A stretch of DNA of 63,604 nt, the filler included, from Lophium mytilinum (lineage: Eukaryota): the NCBI GenBank assembly GCA_010093605.1. It is 11 parts of 5 records of this genome, joined end to end, with 100 filler letters (N's around TTAATTAATTAA, not from the genome) between each part and the next. Parts side by side here need not be neighbours in the genome. Positions count along the whole stretch, not along the records: positions 36,548 to 57,597 come from MU004193.1; positions 57,698 to 59,218 come from MU004194.1; positions 59,319 to 60,627 come from MU004195.1; positions 60,728 to 62,242 come from MU004195.1; positions 62,343 to 63,604 come from MU004196.1; 6 more parts are not named here. One strand, written 5' to 3'. Under the pieces are notes generated by a model. That model was not told where the DNA came from. It made no database searches and saw nothing but the letters and a program-made list of their open reading frames with translations. Both the position numbers and the translations under genes were made by a program. Shown here piece after piece: positions 54,157-63,604 of the stretch (positions within the stretch are counted from its first letter, which is position 1; the number at the start of each line of letters is the position of its first letter).

Positions 54157-57100
54157 TATTATAGACTATAAGAGGTAAGGCATAGAGCACAGTATTAAGT
54201 AAGAAATAGGGTATATTTATAAAGATAAAGTTATATAGAAGTAGAGGTTCTACGCGGCGCAGGCTAAATATAGGCTAGAGGTATAAAACCGCGCTAGTAT
54301 ATAGGCTTATATAATATAGCTAAGAGTATATAATATATATAAAGCTAGATCTATTATACTACCCCCCCTAAGTAAAGAAGAAAGGCTATAGAAAGAAAAA
54401 GCTATATATAAAGAAAAGGCTATATAGTAAAGCTATAAACTTAGAAAAATAAGATAAAATACTAAGAAAATATAGTTATAAGTAATTAAATAAGAACTAT
54501 ATAAGAAAGGGGCGTACTTATAGTATTATAAAGGTAGGCGTTTCTATTAAGATAGCTCGGCTAGCTAAATATAGTAGAGAATCCGGGTTTTAGAGTTATA
54601 AATAATATTATAATATTACTACGCAAGATATATAATTAGAGTTAATAAACGCGCGCATTATAGATTATAAGTATGCGCTTATTAAGAACCTATTACTAAT
54701 TAGGGTTAGGCCTAAAATCTAGATAAGGGCCGTCGGCGTTAGAGTAATAGTAGTAGAACTTACTAATAAGCTTATTAGCTCTATATTTACTAAAGTTTAT
54801 CTAGTTCTACTATATCTATAGCTTAGTATAACCTTTATACTAGGCGTAATATTATAGTTTATAGCTATAGCGGCTGCGTTATAGCTAGTAGCTATTAGTA
54901 ATAAAATTAATTAGCTATATATTAATATAATCTTATTTATTATTAGTTATTCTATAGAGGTTAATAACTTATATAGGCGGGGGTAGTAGTAGATTCTATT
55001 CTAGTATAGGCCTAGGTTTAAATAGGTAAAGAAGGTAAAAGTAGAAGATATTATGCGTGTAACGTTCTTTAAGTAATATTTCTATAAAGTTAAGTTAGAA
55101 AGTATAGTCTTAGTTTATAACTTTAGTAATATAAAAGGGCCTAAGGTTCTTATAATTAAGTAATTAATTAGGGCGCTAGGTCTTAATATTACGCGCGTTA
55201 AGCTAAATAAGATTATCTACTTTAAAGCGTAGCGGTAGCTATTAGTATTAGTTAGTAAAGTAGGCTTAGGTAGCTATAGCCTAGGTAATAGCTTAGCAAT
55301 ATTTTATAAGAATCTCTTTTATCTAATTAGCGTATTAGTTAGCTAGTAGCTATTTATTATATACTATAGCGCGGCCTATAACTAGCGTAGAAGGTTTAAT
55401 ACCTAATTACGGGTAGAAGCCGCGTATAGTAAAGAAGAAAGTAAAGCCTATTAAGGCTAATTTATAGTTATTAGCTATAAATTTACTAAGAGGAAGATAA
55501 TTAATCTAGTTATCTTATTAGTATAAAATAAACTAGTATAGGTAGGCCTTTATAATAGAGTTAGTATTCTTAGTCTAGCTATTAGTTTTAGAATAAAAAG
55601 CGGTAGAGAATTTAGGCTTAATACTAAGTTATTTATATAAGCGGCGCTATATAGTAGATATAAATTATACACCGTAGTTACTAATAATAACTTTAGGTAA
55701 GCTATATAGTTAGAAGACTTTATAAATAAAGGTATTAGTAATATCTTTAATAGTATTACCTATTATAGAAATATAGTAGCGTTTTTTAGATAGTCTATTA
55801 ACTACTATAAGAATAAGTATATATATCTACCTATTTCTTATATAGGGGGGAAGGTCTATAATAAAATCTATAGTAATTTTAGTCTATTACTTATCTAGTA
55901 TATTAAGGCTATAGAGTAGTCCTTACTACTTATCTTAAAAGGCTTTTACTTAGTAGTAGCTATAATAGGCACCTATATAGTGTTTAATATTATTATAGAA
56001 GTTAGGCTAGAAATAGTAATATTAAAGCAGCTTATAGAAGCTATATTTACTAGAATAGCTAGTAATAGGCGTATTATAAAATAGGCTAAGTAGCTTAGTA
56101 TAGAGCTAATTATAGGCTAGTATATATAGATAATTATAGTAATATAGTTAGTTATTCTATATTTTAAACCTATTAATATTAAGGTTACTAATAAGGTCGC
56201 GGAGGGCTTTTAAAATAGAGTAAGCGCTACTTTAGACTATATTTATAAGCTTATATAGAGTTAGATTATATAGAGGTTTAAAGTAAGAAAGGTATATATA
56301 GGCCTTATTAATAAGATATTATAGGTTGTTATTATTATAGTTAAGATTATTATTATTATTACCTTAAACTAGCTATACTATAATAACCTTATTAGCGGCT
56401 ATAATATTCTTATTAGCTAATAGAGCTATAAAAATCTTATTAGCGTTACTAGGTAGCGCTATAAAGTTTTTATTAGCGCTTCTATTACTATTACTATTAT
56501 TACTAGTATAGTCTTAGTTATAGCTGCATAGCCTAGCGGGGGCAAGTTAAAGAGGTAAGAGAAAAAGAGAGTATATTTTAAGAGAGGAGTATAGTAAAGT
56601 TATTAGAAGAGGCTTAAGTTTCTTAGTATAAGAAACTAGGCTATTTTAGTAGAGTATATAGAACGGGCTAAGGCTGGGCTTACTTAGCTTAGCATTATTT
56701 AGTAAGAGTAAGAGTAATTTACTATTTAGTATAACTTCTAGCCTAAGGTTATAAGATTTAAGTATAGTTTATTATTAAAATTAATTTTATAAATTATTAG
56801 ATCTATAAGATAGATCTTATAAACGCTATATAAGGCTATTAGGTTTACCCTTTAATATACTAGAATAGTATATAATCTTAAAGTTAAACCTAGTAAGAAA
56901 TTTAGCCTAATAGGCTTAATATTAATTAAGCTCCTTAGTAGTTATAAACTATTTAAGATTATAATAATCTATAAGGACGTTAGTTAGATCTTTAGAGTTA
57001 GCGCTTATAAGTTTAAGTCTCTATTCTTTAAAGGCCTTAACTATAGTAAGGAGTTTCTTATTATAAATCTTATAGTTGTACTTAGCTAGTAATATTTTTA

Positions 57101-57597
57101 AAGAGAAAAAGGCAACTAGATATAGAAAGCTATTAGGCCTAATTTAAAATATAACGCTGGCTATTATATAATTAGAAGCGTCTATTTTAAGAAAGACCTT
57201 TTTACTATATTAGAAGTATATAAGGATAGGTACTTCTATAAATACTTTCTTAAGCGCGCGGAAGGCCTTTTTATAGGCCTCTATCTATAAGAAGCGCGCT
57301 TTTTTCTATCCCTCTTAGAGCTTTATTATATTAGTAAGAGGTTTAATAGTATATAAGAATCTATAGATAAACTATTAATAGAAATTAGATAGCCTAATAA
57401 AGGCCTAGACGTCTTTAATATAATTTAGTATACTCTATTTAAAAATAGTAGTAACTTTCTCTAGATCTATATAGATTCTATTAGTAGAAATAATTAGCCT
57501 AAAATAGGTAACTTTCTTTTAGTTAAATGCGTACTTAGCTAGATTAATATATAGGCCTACTACCTCTAAATATTTAAGGATAGCAGCTATATAGGCC
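54157..57597 (-). mobile_element. Second G1-family chromovirus (G3): 3' LTR, chromodomain, integrase, RNase H and RT end; inserted in G4 integrase
   Basis: 54157-54358 is the reverse complement of the G1 LTR, and the PPT complement is at 54359-54368. About 54370-56810 is the reverse complement of G1 36548-38307 plus 46289-46980, without G2. DASNY (about 57170-57185) and YEIYDKELL (about 57048-57075) lie on the minus strand. Confidence 0.92.
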
Positions 57598-57697
57598 NNN
57601 NNNNNNNNNNNNNNNNNNNNNNNNNNNNNNNNNNNNNNNNNTTAATTAATTAANNNNNNNNNNNNNNNNNNNNNNNNNNNNNNNNNNNNNNNNNNNN

Positions 57698-59218
57698 GTC
57701 CTCTTACTAATAAGTACCTACTTTATTAACTCTAAAAATAGTTCTATATTTAAAGTTAGCCTTATAAACCTAATATTATTCTACTTAAATTATACTACCT
57801 TAGATAAGACTATTAGCTACTATATAGCTATATATAGGGAGAGAGAGAAGAAAAATAACTATAATCTTTAACTAGAAGTCTAAATTTATACTAAGTATAT
57901 TCTTATAGTTAAGCTATAGATCTTAATATTCTAGAAGACTAGAAGTATATAAGCGGTGCTATTATTACTAGAGATCTATATCTTTATAGATAAGCTATAG
58001 ACCTTAATATACTAGAAGACTAGAAGTATATAAAAGGCGCTATTATTACTAGAGACCTTAGTAATAGCTAAAGCTAAAGAGAAGAACTTAGAAATAGCAG
58101 TATTAAAATAAGAGACTTAAGATATAACCTTAAAGAATAAATATAAAGCGCTATCTAATAAACTAGAGCCTATAGACCTTATAGAAGATAAAGATAAATT
58201 AGATATATACTACTTTAATAATAGAAAGAACTAAATAGAGAAAGTTAACTAGAATAAAGAAAATACTATAAAGGAGGTATTATCTATAGAAGATCTAGAT
58301 AGCTTAAAGGTAGTAGAGGCGGCCTTATATAAGGCTAAAATAGGCCTAATTATAGCTTAGACTAGTATTAAAAAGGCTTTAGAAATTATATATACTTATA
58401 TAGTAAGAGATAAAGAGAAGAATACTAACTCTACTATTTTCTACTCCCCTAATATTATCTAAGAGACGCCTAAAAGTAGATATAGAAGGCGTATATACTT
58501 AGTATAGTAAGTATCTTCTTAAGAAATTACTAATTTCCTAGTATATATATAGGTAGAAAGCAGCCTTAAATAGAACTATATAAGTCTATCTATATATACT
58601 CTCTATATATCTTCTATATTCTTATACTACTACTAAGTTAACTTTTAATAGATATATAGTATATATATATACCTTATATCTTAAAGCCTACCTCCGCCCT
58701 AAGCTCTAACTTAGAAACTACTTATCTACCTACTTTTAATATAAACCCCCTAAACTATATACGCTTAAAAATACTACTAGTTTTATAACACCTATTTAGA
58801 AATATTCTATAGTTATAATATCTAGCGCGTTAAGCTATAATATAAGGGATTAAATCTAAGGCTAATTAAGAATAACTATTAGTAATAATAGCGCACTACT
58901 ATAAAGATATACTTATGCAAGATTCTAATAGTATACTTAAGAGAAAAGTATATAGTAACTATTAGTTAAAATATATACGCCTAAGCTTTAAATTTCTAGC
59001 GCCTACCTATATATATAATAGGACTATTCTTCTCTATTCTATAGGTATAAAAGCCTACTCTATATCTCTTTCTCTATACTATAGAGTAGTAGAAGGTAGT
59101 AAGAGTTAAAAAGATAGAAGAGTTATAGTAGAAATTAACTTAAGGCTAACTATTTAGAATATAGTAGGTATTAAAATTATATATACTAATAAATTATAGT
59201 AGAGGCTAAAGCTAGTAG
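57698..59218 (+). mobile_element. Plavaka giant element fragment, copy D
   Basis: Aligns to 16517-18037 and to about 32170-33690 with transition differences. Confidence 0.88.
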
Positions 59219-59318
59219 NNNNNNNNNNNNNNNNNNNNNNNNNNNNNNNNNNNNNNNNNNNNTTAATTAATTAANNNNNNNNNNNNNNNNNNNNNNNNNN
59301 NNNNNNNNNNNNNNNNNN

Positions 59319-60627
59319 TATAAAACTTTACTTTCTAAGAGGCTAGCTTAGTTACTATCTATCTACTAACTCTAAAACTAGCTATTAGGTCTAGAACCCT
59401 AATTAAAAGAAGATTATTAGAGTTAGTATTACTTATATAGATAATAACTCTAGTAGTAATAATTCCTAGAATAGTCTATATATTAATAATTATAATTCTA
59501 TTAAGATTCTAACTTATAAAGCCCTTAATAATACTATTTTCTCTAATAATAATTCCTCTAAATCTTATAGTAATAAAGATAATAATAACTAACCCGTTCT
59601 ACTTACTATAGCTACTCTACCTATTTAGAATTCTAATCCTATTCTAGATAAGTTACTTAATAATATTATTCTCTCTAATAATAAAGATTATAAATCTATT
59701 CTAGATAAGTTAAGTTATAATATTACGCTTTCTAATAATAATTAGCTCTCCTTAATATCTCTAGATAACGGGCCGATAAATACTATCTATTCTAATATTA
59801 TCTCTAAGGACTTTCTATAAGATATTATTTTTAATAATAATAGAATAACTTCTCTACTATCTAATTATCTAAGTTCTAAGTTTTATTAGAATCCCTATTA
59901 TTAGTCTATTAATCTAGTCTCTACTTAGTAGGGCGACTCTAATCTTTATTAAAATAACGGGGAATCTAATTATAATAATATTAGTATACCTATAGTCTAA
60001 TCTAAATACTTTACTAGCTTAGAATTAGATTATATTACTAATACTACTTCTATCTCTATCTATACTTTCTATACTACTAGAAGAGTTTACTACTTAGATT
60101 TTATACCTAGTTAGAGGTGTATAATCTACTAAAAGGAAAAAAAAAGGTATATTTAACTATCCTCTAAAGATAAAATTTAACTTAATTAATAATACAACCT
60201 TTACTATATTATAAACCTAGGGGTATATAATAGATAATAGCTATATAAAATCTATATTAAAAAGAATATACTGCTCCTATATAAAGATTACTAATAATAT
60301 TAAAAAACTATACTCTCTATCTCTAAATACTATAGATAATACTAGCTATAACCTTTCTAACGTGGCGTTAACGGCACTTATAATATAGCACACGCTTATA
60401 ATAAATGTTTTCCCTATAATATATACTCTAAGATAGGTTCTATATACTTTTATAAGGAAAATATATATAAACCTAAGTATTTACTATATTAGAGTAGCGG
60501 CTAATAATATAATTATAAGGACTTTTATAGTATTTATTAGTTTAAGATATATTCTATATATTACTATTAGATAGATAATAAGATATTATAGACTATTTAT
60601 TTTACTAATCTAGACTTATTCTATAAC
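59319..60627 (+). pseudogene. Unidentified RIPed coding-like contig with D/S-rich repeats
   Basis: RIP composition, 'attctagataagtta' repeated at 59641 and 59698 (57 bp apart), recurring tctaataataa units, and a coding-like frame at about 60320-60627. Confidence 0.3.
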
Positions 60628-60727
60628 NNNNNNNNNNNNNNNNNNNNNNNNNNNNNNNNNNNNNNNNNNNNTTAATTAATTAANNNNNNNNNNNNNNNNN
60701 NNNNNNNNNNNNNNNNNNNNNNNNNNN

Positions 60728-62242
60728 AGAGAGAAAGAGGTTCCTAGAATAGATATTATAATAACCTAAAGGGCGGAGTAATATTTACCCGTTCTATAGA
60801 GCCTCTATTACATAACCTCTAGTTATATATTATGCGCAAATATATAGCTATAATACGTCTCCCCCCTCTAAAGAAGCCCCCTAATTAAAGCTTTTATAAG
60901 AGAGAGTCCTTTCTATACTAGAGTATCTATAACTACTTAAATATCTATTAAATAAGGTGCCTAATTATATTACAGCCGTAAGTAAATAAAGGAAATAAAT
61001 TAATTTATAGAGGATTACTTATCCTTTCTATTTTTATATAGCCTTACTATTTTAGTATAGTAGTATAGCCGTGTGTAGTATTACTATATATAGTATTACT
61101 ATACGCAGTATTACTATAAGTAGCCTTATTTATCTAGACTAGGGCTAGCTATAATAGGGCTATAAGAAGCTATATAGCCTTTATAGCTGCTAGCCTACTA
61201 CTAGGTACTTATAATAATCTATACTATTATATTATATTTAATTATTATATATATCTGCGGTTAAGTCTCCTTAATAAATTAATTTAACCGCTAGTCTAGT
61301 AATTAAGTTATATAGCTTCCGCGGTGTTAGTTATATAGAGGTCTATAGTAGTAAAAATAGTAGCTAAGGTTAGTTTCTAGTCTAATAGTGGTTTAAATAA
61401 TAGATAAGGTTTTAGCTTCTTAGGGTATAGATAATAGTAGTAAAAGTCTATAATAAGGCGGGGGTATCTATTAGTATATTTATAGTTATTCTATTAGAGT
61501 TTATTATAGCTAATAAACTTAATTTTATACTAGAGCATGCCCTTTTTATCTATAGTAGAATTAAGTTATCTTCTATTAAAATAGTAGTTAATAACCTTTT
61601 TAGCGTTACCTTTCTAATATATTAGTATTATTTATATAGGTAGAGGCTTAGAATTATACTATCCTTTTATAGAAACTGCGTTAGCCGGGTAGAGTAGCTA
61701 AGAATAGAAGATAGAGTATAGATTTTCTATTTCTTTAAGTAGTTTAAGCTTATATACACTGCTGTTTTTATAGCTAGTTAGAATTTTAAAGGGACTAAGC
61801 TTCTTAAAGTTAAGTTTCTTATTTAGGCGAGTTATCTTAATAAAGCGTATATTAAGTATAACTATATTACCTAGATAATATATATAAGCTACTTATTATC
61901 TAGTATTAGTATATTTCTTCTATTTAGCCTATACCTATTTAATTTCTTAATAGAGGAAGGCGCGTAACTTATTAAGTCTATCTACTAGCCTATCTACTAG
62001 TTCTATAAGTTAAACTATTAGTGCGTTTATATTAGGGGGTAGTTATATAGCTAGTATAGTACTAGCGCTTAGAATATAGCCTTTAGTAGCTATAAAAGGG
62101 GCTATACTAGTAGAGGTATTTTTTATAGAGTTAGCTTTAAATTTAGCTATAGTAAGGTAATTAACCTAGTTATCTTATTAGTAGTTAATATATACTTAGA
62201 GGAACTATTTTAGGCCTATATTAGTAATTTTAGTCTATCTAT
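60728..62242 (-). mobile_element. Ty3/Gypsy element G6, 3' part (integrase end, probable chromodomain, PPT, partial LTR)
   Basis: Minus strand de-RIPs to GQTEITN.GLEQFLRVYVNYQQDDWVDYL..AEFEANS...TSTGIAPF.ATKGY (about 62075-62242). PPT complement CGTCTCCCCCCTCT at 60856-60869 is adjacent to an LTR-like end at 60855. Confidence 0.8.
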
Positions 62243-62599
62243 NNNNNNNNNNNNNNNNNNNNNNNNNNNNNNNNNNNNNNNNNNNNTTAATTAATTAANN
62301 NNNNNNNNNNNNNNNNNNNNNNNNNNNNNNNNNNNNNNNNNNGACTTTACTTTAAAGTCTTTCTAATTAGGGTTAGTTTAGATATTCTTATTCTAGGTAA
62401 TTTACTTTATTATGCCTTGCAAAACGTTTATTTCCTTTAACTAGTAACCGCTATTATTCTTAAAAGGGATAATTTTTAGGCTATTTTTAATCTTATTACC
62501 TTTTAAATCTAAAACCTTCTTTTATAGATATACTATTATAGCGCGCTTAGAGTAGACTAAAAATAGTATAGTACTTATAAGGTTAAGTATATAAATAGA

Positions 62600-63604
62600 G
62601 TATGCGTTAAATATATAGGTGCGCTAGCCTACATAGTTTTTAGTAGAAACTATTAATAACTTAAGGTAGCTTAGTAATTTATTAGCATAGATAATATAGC
62701 CTAGTTTTATTAGCTATAGCTTAATTACTTGCGTAACTAACCGCGGAAGTAATTCTTTAATTTAGGTAGTAGAATTAGTAGAATTATTTAGGTATATAGA
62801 AGGGTATAAGTAAGTAATTATATACTTACTAAAAATTAAGTATAAATAAAGCCCCTATATAATGCTAGAGAAATATTAGAAAATTAAAGTAAATAAGAGG
62901 AGAGATAAGAGCCCTAGCTAGAAGCCTTTCTACTAGAGCCCTTTATATAATAACTTATAGGTTAAATAAAGGTAGAATAAAATTTTTAAAAGCCTTGCGT
63001 ATATACTAGAAAATTATACCTAAATAGTTATTAGAAAGCTTAAATAGATTATTAGTACCTGGAATAAACTTAGCTTTACTAGGTTTTAAGCGGTACGTGT
63101 AGAATTATAGATACTTATCTCTTAGTTCTATAAAAGATATATAAGTAGGTATATTAGTAATACCTATATATAGCAGGGTTCTACTATAAAGTATAGTAAA
63201 GTCTAAGTAAAGCTATAAAGTAGTTAGGTAGAGGTTTACTTAGTTACTTTTAATTAGCTAGTACTTATCTATAAATTAGATGTTAAAATAGCTACTTAAG
63301 AGACCGGGCTAGGTAGAGCTTAGGTAATATTTAACCTAGTTCTTTAGCTTAGTAAGATTATTATTACTATACTACTTTAATGCAGGCTAGGGACTATACT
63401 AACTAGCTATTACCTAATAGCTAGTAATTATAATGCTTTTAGTATTTACCTTATTTTTAGTATTAAATAAGGAATAGTCCCTAGTTAAGGTATTATATAG
63501 AAATATAGCGCTATAGAAAGTAACTTAGCCCTTTAATAAATAGATATAGAGTTTAAGTTTAGAACTAAACTTTATAAGTTTATTTACTATTTAGTATACT
63601 AAAA
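62600..63604 (-). pseudogene. RIPed SNF2/SWI2-family helicase ATPase N-lobe fragment
   Basis: Minus strand de-RIPs, in one frame, to LVHQ..DEL.KFS..L.LYIY (motif Ia region, about 63540-63603), SIVITSYQ (about 63414-63437), F.DECQLIK (Walker B, about 63249-63275) and LYSGTPL (motif III, about 63171-63191). Confidence 0.72.

Noticed and set aside
1..63604. AT-rich organelle/phage genome, or alternative genetic code with TAA/TAG readthrough
   Set aside because: Stops map to Q/W/R/E codons through C>T/G>A changes and vary between copies. Fungal introns and TE families fit nuclear RIPed DNA.

Overview
The window is AT-rich, almost entirely repeat-derived DNA from a filamentous ascomycete (inferred). 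It has been heavily mutated by repeat-induced point mutation (RIP): CpA/TpG are nearly absent, TpA is abundant, and repeat copies differ almost only by C>T/G>A. I found no intact gene. All protein calls come from manual translation with inferred reversal of RIP changes, not from database searches. The left half (1-34589, plus 57698-59218) holds several copies of one very large (>19.8 kb) multi-gene element built around a Plavaka-type transposase. One copy appears to be inserted into another copy of itself. A Tad1-like LINE RT fragment lies at 26076-28027. The right half is a nested stack of Ty3/Gypsy LTR retrotransposons from five families, two insertions having matching LTR pairs and 5-bp TSDs. 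The window ends with a RIPed SNF2-type helicase fragment. Ten 100-nt N44-TTAATTAATTAA-N44 spacers are artificial contig joins.
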